From contig OX597837.1 in assembly GCA_951406725.2 (NCBI GenBank), positions 40,362,001 to 40,426,000 of the forward strand: a stretch of DNA of 64,000 bases, written 5' to 3'. Positions 13,469-26,473 of this stretch are shown here, one piece after another (within the stretch, counting starts at the first letter, position 1; each line of letters opens with the position of its first letter). A model generated the notes under the pieces. That model was not told the DNA's origin. It ran no database searches and worked only from the letters and a program-made list of their open reading frames with translations. The stretch is from Octopus vulgaris. Taxonomy: Eukaryota. The translations under genes were made by a program, and so were the position numbers.

Positions 13469-13518
13469 TTTGTCAAAATATTTTCGTCGCTAAAATCCGC
13501 AACCTGTTCACTGACAAA
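13469..13518 (-). ncRNA. HHR fold with G3:C8 core
   Basis: TTTGTCA-GTGAACA-G-GTTGC-GGATTTTA-GCGAC-GAAA-ATAT-TT-TGACAAA. Confidence 0.7.
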
Positions 13519-13536
13519 GTCCGTGCAGCACGGAAC

Positions 13537-13586
13537 TTTGTCAGTGAACAGGTCGCGGATTTTAGCGACGAAAATATTTTGACAAA
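13537..13586 (+). ncRNA. HHR fold with G3:C8 core
   Basis: TTTGTCA-GTGAACA-G-GTCGC-GGATTTTA-GCGAC-GAAA-ATAT-TT-TGACAAA; 7-bp stem I, 5-bp stem II, palindromic AAUAUU stem III. Confidence 0.75.
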
Positions 13587-13723
13587 TTAAATTTAAATGT
13601 TGAAGTGAATCGAACGGCTTTTGTGTGTTTCTTAAATGGCTTATAAACACCTTCCACGCTGCAATTGTTTTCGTTTCAGCACACGATCTCAGATCAAATT
13701 ACTTGTATGCGAGTACATCTCCG

Positions 13724-13880
<157 letters not shown>

Positions 13881-14213
13881 TATGTATATGTGTGTATCTG
13901 TGTATGCGCGCGAGAGTGTATACATATGTATAAAAAAAACAGTTTGAACAGAGCGTAAATATTTTGTCTGTAGTGGAAATTCGAATGGAATAAAATGGGA
14001 CGTATTTTGTTGATTAAACGCGTTTCGTGTGTAGTTTGAACCCTTAATTAAATCATGAAATGCGTATTTGTTTTTTAATCAGCATGATAGAAAAGAAATA
14101 TGAACAACGTGCGTGCTCACAAGCGCCTAAGAAGTTTGCCCTGCACTGCGGTGAGACTCGGCCAACGTAAGAAATTTAGAAACGTTGGCCCGATGCCTAA
14201 TGAAGAAATGATT

Positions 14214-15719
14214 ATTGTCCGAGATTCTAATTAATATATCTGTTGTTCAAGTTTTATATTTAAGCGATGTCAAACTAATTAGTAACCAATAATGAATTAA
14301 TAAAGAATCATTAGTAACCCAACAATAGATTATTCCATTCAATCTAAAGCGATAAACAATATCAGTGAAAGAAGAAGAACAAGATAAAAAGTTTTAAAAG
14401 ATAGGCCATAGTTACAAAAACAAAGCAAAAAAAAAATGGCTTGGAACGAAATCAATAACATCGTTACAGCTATTTTGTAAACAGAGAACTATCTAGAAAA
14501 GTACGAACAAATCAATTCCTACTCAATAGTGTAGAGAATTTACTAGAAGCAGAATTTATTGATCTATAGATGAAAAATATTGAGAGATATTCAGAGATTA
14601 TTTATATTTATATTCTATTTGATAGATCCCAGTATGATGAGGATGTGAGCCTAGGCTAAGAAATATTACCGCTGTTGTACTTCAGTAAGAAGTATATAAA
14701 TATTAACTGAAGTGGAACGAAAATTAGCTGATGCAGTATATTAGAGAATGTAGATCAAAATTACAACATTGTGACACCTTGCGTAAGTGTTTTCTAACAT
14801 AGCCACGGACCGACCAAAAGCTTGTGAGGGGATTTAGTACAGGGAGACCGCCTTCACAGTTGTAAAGTTTCATCCAGTTTTTATCCTCAGTTATATTTAA
14901 AAAAACAACACCTTATCTGCTCTGTGTCTCTCCCTATCTGACATCTTGACGTTTTCTGAACCCTTACCATTTCATCTGTAGAAAATATCGAAGAGAGACA
15001 ATCTGGGCTGATTCTAAAGCTCCAGATATATCTTAGACCAGTCAATATCAGTGATTGATTGCGTTCGTGGACCGTCTGGTTAGAATAATAACAGTTGTAT
15101 TATATATACATACTAGTAGTATCGCCCGGCGTTGCTCGGGTTTGTAAGGGAAATAACTATATAAGCATTTTTAGAGATGTAAAGTATAATAGCCATCTCA
15201 ATATGGCTAACCACAAAGGTGGGTGTTACTGTAGCTTTTTACGTTCTGAGATTTAATAATACATTTTTAGAGAGTTACTTCCCTTATATAGTAGCAAAAA
15301 ATGCATTAAAAATGGGAAAAAATGATGGTAATTTTTTTTAAATCGTAGACTCATCGTAGACGCGCGCTAATACCCAGAAGGGCTCGATATGAATCACGAC
15401 TATAAGATACCCGTTTTTGGTTACACTGCACTGCAAAATGTGGGAGTAGTTAGGAATCTAAATCGTAGGAGACAGACACACAACCTCTCTTTTATATATA
15501 AAGATAAGGTTGGACAAAAGTCACCTGACAGTAAATCAAAACTACTTAATTCGAATTTATTTATCTTGTTCTTCTTTCACTGATATTGTTTATCGCTTTA
15601 GAAGGAATGGAATAATCTATTGTTGGGTTACTAATGATTCTTTATTAATTCATTATTAGTTACTAATTAGTTTGACATCGCTTAGATATAAAACTTGGAC
15701 AACAGATATCTCAGACAAT
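14214..15719. mobile_element. Long-TIR (foldback/MITE-like) element with ~160-bp inverted arms
   Basis: 14214-14388 is the reverse complement of 15560-15719 with few differences; the interior holds a SINE fragment and a Helitron. Confidence 0.75.
15113..15504 (-). mobile_element. Non-autonomous Helitron
   Basis: Minus strand starts TCTTTATATATAAAAG and ends CTAG; GC-rich subterminal hairpin CCCGAGCAACGCCGGG (15125-15140); inserted between A and T; no TSD. Confidence 0.88.
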
Positions 15720-15770
15720 AACGGTATTTCTATCTATCTATCTATCTATCTATTTATCTATCTATAGATA

Positions 15771-16175
15771 TATTCTTTTATTCTATTACTTGTTTCAGGC
15801 ATTGTGACTGTGGCCACGCTGGAGCACCGCCTTTAGTCGACCAAATCAACCCAGGACTTATTCTATGTAAGCCTCGTACTTATTCTATCGGTCTCTTTTG
15901 CCGAATCGCTATGTTACGTGGACCTAAACACACCAGCATCGGTTGTCAAGCGATGTTGGAGGGGGGACAAATGCAGAGACACAAACATATACACACATAT
16001 ATATATATATACGACGTGCTTCTTTCAGTTTCCGTCTACCAAATCCACTCACAAGACTTTGGTTGGCCCGAGGCTATAATAGAAGACACCTGCCCTAGGT
16101 CCCACGTAGTGGGACTGAACCCGGAACCATGTGGTTCCTAAGCAAGCTTCTTACCACATACCCACCCCTACGCCT
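15771..16175 (-). mobile_element. SINE family A, full length
   Basis: Colinear reverse complement of 58420-58795. Confidence 0.9.
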
Positions 16176-16261
16176 ATATATATATATATACATGTTTCTA
16201 CGTATGTATATATGTATATATGGATGGGTGGGTGGATGTATGAATATACATGTATGTATGG

Positions 16262-16304
<43 letters not shown>

Positions 16305-16811
16305 GGTATGTGTGTGTGGGTGTGTGTGTGTGTTTCTTTGGTGATTGTGTGTATATGTGTATATGAATGAATGTATATAGATTATATTTACACACACAAA
16401 CGCATAACTATCATGTGTTAAATACACTGCAAGTATTAAAAACATGTCATACCCGTTCAACATATAAATGTAACACACATTATACACACCGTATTAAAAT
16501 CATCTTCGTTATAACACCCGTATATAATGCTGCTCAAAATTAGTTATTAAATTTGGTTCTTATATACTTACGTGCAGCAGGTAAATAGAGTTAGCGTGTG
16601 AATGTCACGTCAAGGTTCATCGGTAAAATTTGATAGCTAATTTCAAAATAAAATTACAAAATTACAATGGCGTGAAAGTGAATGAAACGGGGAATCGGTA
16701 TGTTTGATGGTTTGAGAATATTGTACCGTGATATAATGGACTAAATATCGTTATAATATATATACGATATACGATCAAAGACTAGGCCAGTTTAAGCCAT
16801 ATATCCGCCTG

Positions 16812-17170
<359 letters not shown>

Positions 17171-17433
17171 ATTTATATATTTATAAATCTATTTATCTTC
17201 CGATATGGTATATATGTATATATGTATATACTACAAAATTAGAGAATGGAGAAACATACTTAAATCAGTAAAACATCAACTATCCGATGATACTCAATCC
17301 ATACTTTAATACACCATTACATATGAGTAAAGGCAATATATAAAATGAAATGAGATATACAGTAATAGTAAAAGTAAAAAGATAAAGAGATATAAGTAAA
17401 AAATTTCAAATATAATATGCAAATAAATCAAAA

Positions 17434-17541
17434 CTGACAGCTGTTTCGGCAGTGAGGACAGTCATACCTCATTTAACCTATAAGCCATAAAGGCAGGTAT
17501 AAATGAGGCATTAACAAGGATGCCCCACGGCCTCTTCAGAG
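17434..17541 (-). ncRNA. Type I hammerhead ribozyme, canonical core, extended stem II
   Basis: CT-CTGAAGA-GGC...GCC-GAAAC-AGCT-GTC-AG; palindromic stem III ACAGCUGU; stem II extended by GCCTCATTTA/TAAATGAGGT; stem I short. Confidence 0.85.
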
Positions 17542-17889
17542 AATTAAATTAAATTTGTTATAATAGTGAAAAATATTATATAATCATATACATATAAATA
17601 TAAAAATATAAAAATGTAAAATATAAAAACTTATACATCATAATGCTACACTTATATAATATAATACACATTTGTACAAAAAGGAAGGTAAACAGAACAA
17701 AATAAAACAAAATATATAACAGTGTATATATTAATATTAATAAGTACCGATATTATACATATTTGGCTAATAGTTTTTTTATAAAAAAAAAAAAAAAAAG
17801 GGCTAACACATATGGAGATGAAAAATAATAATTAAATCCGTGGTACAGTTCATAAAATTCTAAAGCTATAAAAGTTAATAAAAATTACT

Positions 17890-17939
<50 letters not shown>

Positions 17940-19671
17940 TAATAATAATAAAAAAATACTAAAAATAGATACAGTTAAGTTAGCACCAAGTCCATCCTTT
18001 CAAGATCGAAATAACTATGAGTTAAGAAATGCTGACCACTAGGTAAAGAAAATTTAGATTAATTCGATTGGCTATTGGTTTGAAATTTAAATCACAAAAG
18101 AAAATTATACGGTTGGTTAGTCAAGGAACGCCAATATTCACACACGCATCTACAGATCAATCGCACATACACACATAGTTATATGTATATACATACACTT
18201 ATACACATACATAATCACAAGCAACAACTAGCACTTAGATAAACAAAAAAGGGAAGCAACTATGCTAACATTTAGTCCTTCAAAATTATAACTGAGCCTC
18301 AATAACAAAAAAAGAACCATCCATGCATTCTATAAAATATTTAATTTAGATATAAATATACTTTTAAATATCAGTATGTTACTAATTCAGATAATTATTT
18401 CATGGGTAACTTAAAATTTATAACACCGGTTTGTTACATAGTAAACATACGGTTGTTAGGTTTATCGTAAGTTTGTTATGATTTTAAGTACGCTAAATTA
18501 TAAAATATAAAATATAAAATATATATTAATTTAAATATTATAAATAAGTCACTTATTAACTTAATAAATATAGTGCCATAATATACCAGTTTAGGCATTA
18601 AAGAATAGAAGGGGAAGTATTAATGTAAACGCTTATGAGAACATCACAGAAATTTTAAATAAATTTTATATTATAAAGACTTAAGATGAAAAGAGATAAA
18701 ATAAATAAAAAGGAATAAATACGAAGGAATAAATACGGTTATACACATAATTATAAGTACAAACTAGTATATATGTATTCATATATTATTAAAATTAAAT
18801 AAAAATAAATGATAGATATGTATGTATAAAACTACACCAGTATAAGTAAATAAGTAAAAAATAAATAGGTAACAAATTAGATGACTTGATATGTATGTAA
18901 ACATCTACACTTAAATAGGCAAATAAATAAATGAATAGAAGACTAGATGCAAAGATTGATAATATTACAATAAAATGGGAAATAAATAAAAATAAATAAA
19001 GTGAATATATATATTTTATATTGTTGAAAGTAAATATGTATGGAAGGATAGTTTAAAGTACAGATCCAGAGGACTATAGATATAAACTAAATATATGAGG
19101 CTGGTAATAATTATAAAGCAAAATGCATGTAAATGAGAAAATGAAAAAAAATGAAAAAGGTTTATCAGTGAATAGCATAAGATACAAATTAAGGTGAGTA
19201 CAAAAAGACCAAATATATAATAAAAACCTTCCAAATAAACACATACAAAAAACCTATAATCTCAACCTAAACCCACCAAACTCACAAAAGGCTCTCATAT
19301 ATTACATATTATACAATATCATTACATTATCTAGAGCTAGGTATCTAACCAAGATATACATATATACTATGCAATATACTATGCAATAATGGAAAACTTC
19401 AAAAATCACACATTACAAGGCAAATACCAAAATGAATATGTTATTTTATGTCATATTGCATTTCTCTTAAAAAAAACAAACAAAAACCCACATACAAAAA
19501 CCAAGAAACCAATAATACTAGACACATCCATTAATTATTATACAAATGTAGCTATAAAAATTATAAAATTATGAAATTTATAAATTGTATACTTTAGAAT
19601 TATAGAAGACCACAGGTATATTTAGTTAAAGAAGGGAATTAAAAAATTAATAATAGTGGAAGTGCTAAGTT

Positions 19672-19965
19672 CTATTTGAATCTAGAAAAGGTAAACGGTA
19701 GCCTATGAATACAAAAGAAGTTTTTCTCATTAATGTTGTTAATAATTTGCCGACCCGCTTTAATAATGAAGAAAATTTCATTAATACATAGAGAGCATTT
19801 TTTATTTTTTCCATTATACACAGGTGCTGAAGTTAGTATTTTCCAGTTTAATCTAAAATCTAAGTTCTTACTTTTAAGTTCCCAAATGTATGCACTTAGC
19901 CCTGTAGAGTACATTCTATTTTTATTCCTAAAAGTATATCTGTGATAATTCCATCTTTGTTTTAT
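19672..19965 (-). pseudogene. Penelope-like element GIY-YIG endonuclease, C-terminal fragment
   Basis: IKQRWNYHRYTFRNKNRMYSTGLSAYIWELKSKNLDFRLNWKILTSAPVYNGKNKKCSLCINEIFFI...INNINE...CIHR: RxxxH, LSxYIWxLK, WxIL, CxxCxxE and terminal CxH pattern typical of PLE ORF ends. The GIY/YIG motifs are lost and the upstream ORF part is microsatellite. Confidence 0.85.
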
Positions 19966-20012
19966 GATATATACATATACATGTAGATATAAGTATCGTG
20001 CACATTTATGCA

Positions 20013-20046
<34 letters not shown>

Positions 20047-20055
20047 CATATATGC

Positions 20056-20122
<67 letters not shown>

Positions 20123-20182
20123 CTTTTTCTTTATGTATCTATCTTTCTATGACTCTCACTCTCTCTCTCTCTCTGTCTATCG

Positions 20183-20211
<29 letters not shown>

Positions 20212-20213
<2 letters not shown>

Positions 20214-20342
20214 TTATTTAAAGCAACAGAAAATTCAACAAAACCTGTTACTCTGAGTTTTCCGTTGCCGAAAAGCACATTACTCTACCACTGGTATTTG
20301 AGTACTTTTTTCCACCTTGTTTCACATTTATGTGTTTACTCC

Positions 20343-20345
<3 letters not shown>
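20212..20345 (+). mobile_element. Collapsed copy of the 27832-28068 palindrome cassette
   Basis: Left arm CTTTATTTAAAGCAACAGAAAATTCAACAAAACCTGTTACTC joined directly to tail ATTACTCTACCACTGGTATTTGAGTAC; (TA)n on both sides. Confidence 0.85.
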
Positions 20346-20399
<54 letters not shown>

Positions 20400-20609
20400 C
20401 TGCATCTGTACCACCGGATACTCCTGAACTAGTTGTTGCGTGTCACATCCAAGAGGAATCGATGCTAGATACGTTGAAAAAATTGTCGTGGTTAATAACA
20501 AATTCTCGTATATTCCATCTTCTGTCTTTCATTTGCTATATATATAAAGTGCATGATTAAGTCATTAAATGAAGTTCTATAAACCTAATCTTGTTGCACT
20601 GCTGAAGTC

Positions 20610-20753
20610 TAGACTGCTATTTCTCTCCATCTTTTTACACTTAATCCTTTCTGCTCAAGAGGTTTGGCTCGAAACGTAAAAGACTTTTCTATTTTTCCCC
20701 GAGCTCTAAATACAAGACCTGGTTTCGTCTTTTGCTTTTCTTAAATTTGAACT
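20610..20753 (+). mobile_element. Decayed mini-HHR cassette (motif 20647-20682)
   Basis: CTTT-CTGCTCA-AGAG...GCTC-GAAAC-GTA-AAAGACTTT, related to the 10783 and 57121 copies. Confidence 0.6.
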
Positions 20754-20849
20754 ATATATATATATACAAATATACATATTCTTTTTCTTTTACACGTACA
20801 TATGTATGTATATTCTTTTCAATTGTACACACATATATATATATATATT

Positions 20850-21215
20850 GTTTCGTTTTCCACGTTTCAGTCATTTGACTGTTGCCATGCTGCAGCACAA
20901 GTTTTAGTCAAAGAAATCGAGTCTACCATTTATTCTTTGTAAGCCTAGTACCTAGTCTCTTTTGACGAACCACTAGATTATGGGATATAAACACACCAAC
21001 ATCGGTTGTCAAGTGATGGTAGGGGATTAGAAGCAGAGACAGAAAGATACACACCATAAATATATATCCATATGCATATATATACGACGAGCTCCTTTCA
21101 GTTTCCGTCTCCCAAATCTATTGACATGGCTATGGTGAAAAACAGTTGTCCAGGACGCCACGCAGTGGGAGGGAAACTGGAATCATGTGTTTGGAAAGCA
21201 AGCTTCTTACCACGC
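20850..21215 (-). mobile_element. SINE family A, diverged
   Basis: TTTCAGTCATTTGACTG...CACGCAGTGGGA...CTTCTTACCAC. Confidence 0.8.
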
Positions 21216-21316
21216 AGTTATTTATGTATATAGGTCCATATATAAACATGGGCATATAGGCATATATATATATATACATATATGATAGATACGTAGATAC
21301 ATAAAAACATAGATCA

Positions 21317-21364
<48 letters not shown>

Positions 21365-21435
21365 GGGAGAAAGGGAAAAACAGACGTTGGCCAACAATTT
21401 TGTAATAAATATATATACATATGTGTATACATGTG

Positions 21436-21478
<43 letters not shown>

Positions 21479-21639
21479 GTAATATACGTGCATGCATATC
21501 CACTCATGCGGGCATAGAAACACACATACGCAAACACATGTAAATATAAGATAATACTTTTGTATTTTTAGCTACACACATGCACATATACATAAATAAC
21601 GATAAAACACAGATTACATATGTACGTAGTTAGTTACAT

Positions 21640-22495
21640 ACATACATAAATACATGCATACATACATACATACATACATACAAGCATACATACATACATA
21701 CATACATACATTCATACATACATACGTACATGCATACATACATACGTACATGCATACATACATACATACATACATACACACATACATACATACAAGCATA
21801 CATACATACATACATTCATACATACATACGTACATGCATACATACATACGTACATGCATACATACATACATTACATACATACATACATATACATACATAC
21901 CTATACATACATTCATATATACATACATACATGCATATATGCATGCATATATACATACATACATGCATATATGCATGCATATATACATACATACATGCAT
22001 ATATGCAGGCATATATACATACATCCATACATACATACATGCATACATACATACAAATATATATACATACATGCATACATACATACAAATATACATATAT
22101 ACATACATACATACCTATATACATGCTTACATAAATACATACATACATACATACATACAAATATACATACATACCTACATACATACATATATACATACTT
22201 ACATAAATACATACATACCTACATACAAATATACATACATGCATACATATATACACATATACATACATACATACATGCATACATACATGCATACATACAT
22301 ATATACATACATACATGCATACATACATACATGCATACATACATGCATACATACATAAATACATACATACATACATACATACATACATACATACATGCAT
22401 ACATGCCTACATGCATACATACATACATGCATACATACATACATACATACATACATACATACATACATACATACATACATACATACATACATACT
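21640..22495. repeat. Long degenerate (TACA)n microsatellite
   Basis: Direct reading. Confidence 0.95.
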
Positions 22496-22871
22496 TACGA
22501 AACGTACGCATGTACGTACAACACTTTGCACCGAAGTTTAAACCATGCATTAATTTCTTTTTTCCTAATCATATAAATTTCGTTAAATTCATTAAATGCG
22601 GATTCATATTATCCAGATTATTTTCTTAACTTTTAAAATGTCTCCTTAATTCTTGAAATCTGAGATATTAACGCATTTAACGTATTTAGCCTAGTTCAAA
22701 GAAGCAGTGCGGAAAGGAAGCAGCGTTTGAAGACAAGCTAAATACATTGATAGAAATGAACGTAACGTAAATGAATGTATGTTTGTTGACTTATATTTCA
22801 GGAATTTCTATGAGGTGGCTACATGAGATTCTATATACGTTCAGCAGTAACTAAATACTTTGTAGGTAGGT

Positions 22872-22914
<43 letters not shown>

Positions 22915-22948
22915 ATCAAAATAAGCAACAAGGATATTCAAAGGTAAT

Positions 22949-23033
22949 GCAGTACGATCGTTTCATGCGCCTCCATTTAATTGAACAATGCAAACATTAC
23001 ATCAGTTTAAAATGTAGAGCAATCTTCAGCTGC
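22949..23033 (-). ncRNA. Type I hammerhead ribozyme, canonical core
   Basis: GCAG-CTGAAGA-TTGCTC...GGCGCAT-GAAAC-GATC-GTA-CTGC; in a (TA)n-flanked ~300-bp cassette 22913-23217. Confidence 0.8.
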
Positions 23034-23233
23034 GCAAAATTATAGAATTTAGTTAAATTCGCTTAAACACAGATGCGCTAATATCGAACAGTCAGAATGA
23101 GAGCTCAAAACCGCTTTGGTGGATAAATATTCTTTACATGTGTAAAGAAATATACTATATTTATGTCAGGAAAAATTCCTTAACAATTATCATGCCTGCT
23201 ATATAAGACTATTGGCATATATATATGTATATA

Positions 23234-23317
<84 letters not shown>

Positions 23318-23559
23318 TATGTGTGTGACTGTGGGCGTATCTGTTTGAGTGTATGTGTGTACGCTTGTTAGTGTGTGTGTGTGTTTACATATATACACAC
23401 ACACATATATATATACATATAATATTCCTTTATTCTTTTTTTCTTTTACTTGTTTCAGTCATTTGACTGCGGCCATACTGGAGCACCGCTTTCTAGTCGA
23501 ACAAATTGTCCCCAGGACTTATACTTTGTAAACCTAATGCAAATATATATATATATATA

Positions 23560-24299
23560 CAGTATCTCACAGAAATATGTACACCCTTAAAAATCTTCAG
23601 TAAAATTGTCATTACTCTGATAATCTTGAAGGAAATCAAAGAAAATTTATACTGAATAAAATATATCATACATGTAAATATTATACAAACTTGGAACAGA
23701 AAACAATAAAAACTTTCAAAGATATGAACGAAATATTAATTCTCAAACATAACAAAAATATGTACACCCCAAAGCCAATTTGCTATATTCAATATTTTAT
23801 CCACATTGTTTTTGCAAATTTCAGATATTGCTGATAATTTCAATTCTAATAAATTAATTCTCCTGGCATTTTTTGCACCGGTCATTGTAATTGCATCTGC
23901 AGGAATTCTGATTTGTGTACCGTGGTGAAAATTTTCATCATTGTGATTAAAATGGCAACAAAAGAAAAAGGAATTATCTGAAGATTTGAAGAAGATTATT
24001 TTTATTAGCACAAGAATGTTTTAAGATACAAGTTAACTAGCAAACGAATATTTATTGGTGTAAACGCACTTGCCAAAGTAATTCAGAAGTACAAAGCTAC
24101 AGGACAGCCAAGCAATAAACATCGTCTAGGTCGTCCTTCTATTTTAACTGCGCATAATATTCGCCACATCCAACGTTGCATGATGGACAACAGGCGTGGT
24201 ACCGTTTCATCTTTGGCTCAAGATGTGTCTTCTCTTAGTGGAAAGACTATATCCGTTCAAGAAGTTCGCCGAAGTTTGAACCAGTGTGGTCTTAGTCGC
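23560..24299 (+). mobile_element. Tc1-family DNA transposon, 5' half (IR/DR-type end, decayed transposase from ATG 23952)
   Basis: TA then CAGTATCTCACAGAAATATGTACACCC; repeat ACAAAAATATGTACACCC at ~23752-23769; frameshifted peptide KELSEDLKK...KYKATG...GRPSILT...VRRSLNQCG (paired-like DNA-binding domain). Confidence 0.88.
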
Positions 24300-24370
24300 C
24301 CCGGCATGGGGTGGTGGTGAACCCTGCTGTACTCTTTCACTACAATTTTCACTCACTCTTTCTTCCTGTG

Positions 24371-24935
24371 AGTTTTTTTACTCTTCTGTAAACGCTTTGC
24401 AACGTTTGTTTTTAAAAACAGTGGTTTTTCTGATTGCAACCCTGCCATGAAATATGGATAGGTGCAGCCCCTGGCGAACAGTTTTTGAGGAAACTGGGTT
24501 CTCGAGGTAGTCATTTAGCTCTGCAGTAATTTTGGGAGCCGTACTCTATGGACCTTTCTAAGAATTCGCGTAAGAGTCCTACGGTCTCTATCTGAAAGTT
24601 TTGGTTTTCTTCCGAAGTTTTGTTCCAACGAGGAGGTTTTTTCCCTCTTTCTTAAAAGCTGTCATTACTTCCGAGACAGTACTTCTTGATACGCTAAACA
24701 TTTCCTGCCATAGGCGCAACAACAATTAGACCTCTTTGAAAGACCGATAGATCTGTCATTTTAATGAATTTTAATTATCGTTTTCTGATAATATCTCAAA
24801 AGAAACAACAATTTTAGCAAAACATATTAAGAAACACTAATAATAACTCAAAAAACATAACAATAAACAAGCTTTTGACGGTTTTATAGATATTTCAAAA
24901 TTCTGATGCTATGACGCCAGGTATTTCGATTATAT
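24371..24935 (-). mobile_element. Second, different Tc1-family transposon 5' half (decayed transposase, ATG at 24759)
   Basis: MTDLSVFQRGLIV...VSRSTVSEVMTAFKKEG...GRKPKLSDRDRRTLTRI...TAPKITAELN...VSSKTVR...GRVAIRK, with frameshifts; terminal bases eroded. Confidence 0.88.
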
Positions 24936-24979
24936 TATATATATATATATGTATGTATGTATATATATATAAATATGTG

Positions 24980-25010
<31 letters not shown>

Positions 25011-25040
25011 ATATATACATATACATGCATATATATATGT

Positions 25041-25072
<32 letters not shown>

Positions 25073-25098
25073 TTGTATATCTATATCAATCTTTATCC

Positions 25099-25149
<51 letters not shown>

Positions 25150-25173
25150 AATACATACATATATATACATACA

Positions 25174-25236
<63 letters not shown>

Positions 25237-25643
25237 TATATACATGTGTTTGTGTGAAAGAAACCAATTCCAGAAACATTCTGCAGTTCTTCAAAGGCCT
25301 GCGTATCGGAATTCTATTTTGTGGCTTATCTTTGTTTGTTGGTGACGTAACGCATTTTAATACAATGTTAACAGAATGTTCGACACGCCAGTCTCTATAT
25401 GACATTTGAGTGTGTGCGTGTGTGCGTGTGTGTGTGTGTGTGCATATGTGTGTGTTTATGTGTGTGTGTGTGTATTTTTGTATATGTTTGTTTACAAGTA
25501 TTCTGCTTGAATGGACAAAAGAAATAACTTTAAACCAAAACTGCCAAAAGAAAAGGAGGAAAAATTTAATCTATTTTTACAGACACAGAAGCAGAAATGC
25601 ATACACACACGTACACACACGTACATAAACATCTCACACACAG

Positions 25644-25687
<44 letters not shown>

Positions 25688-25778
25688 ACACATATTTGCT
25701 TATATGTGTGTATGTATGGACACCCACAGAGACACATTCACACATATATATATGCATGCATGTATGTATATATGTGTG

Positions 25779-25862
25779 TATGTATGTAAATAGACTTACA
25801 TATCGATAGATAGTGAAACTATCTATCGACATGTTTGGAGAGAGATATAACGATAAGCAGAA

Positions 25863-25864
<2 letters not shown>
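25779..25864 (+). repeat. ~85-bp local direct repeat, copy 1 (copy 2 at 27699-27780)
   Basis: GTAAATAGACTTACATATCGATAGATAGTGAAACTATC...GATAAGCAGAAAC present twice. Confidence 0.85.
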
Positions 25865-25935
<71 letters not shown>

Positions 25936-26104
25936 TATAAAGAGAAAGAGAGAAAGAGAGAGAGAGGGGTAGATATATAGATACATAGACAGATAGACAA
26001 ATAGATAGATAGCTAGTGAGAGTGTGAGAGAGAGAGGAAGAGAGAGAAATAGGAGAGGTGGAATATATATATATATATACAAATATATATACACACACAC
26101 ACAA

Positions 26105-26161
<57 letters not shown>

Positions 26162-26473
26162 GTTTGACATGTGAAATATATTAAAGGATAAATAATTTGA
26201 GAACAAGGATGAATCGTAGCAGAAAATAATAAAATAAATGCTAACAACTTTGGTTTGGTTTGGTAAAGCTGCAGGAATGGAAATGATGAAACAAAACCTT
26301 GAAATGGAAATACAAGGATGGTTTGGTGTCTGTGAGTATAGGAATGGTGGGGAATTCGATGGGAAACGTAAGCAGAATGGCAAGTTAGGTATGGACGAAT
26401 GGGCATTTTAATGAAAGAAATGCCAAAGCGGCGAATGAATCGTGTACTTCAGGTGTTATCTTTGTAATTACCT

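Larger units (their letters stand above)
17232..19965 (-). mobile_element. 5'-truncated Penelope-like retroelement (endonuclease C-terminus, long U-rich 3' region, HHR)
   Basis: GIY-YIG-type tail at 19672-19965 and HHR at 17434-17541 on the same strand, joined by ~2.1 kb of uniformly strand-skewed AT-rich sequence; microsatellites at both ends. Confidence 0.75.

Noticed and set aside
13405-13650. Two near-identical 61-aa ORFs on opposite strands
   Set aside because: Consequence of the DNA palindrome; no evidence of coding.
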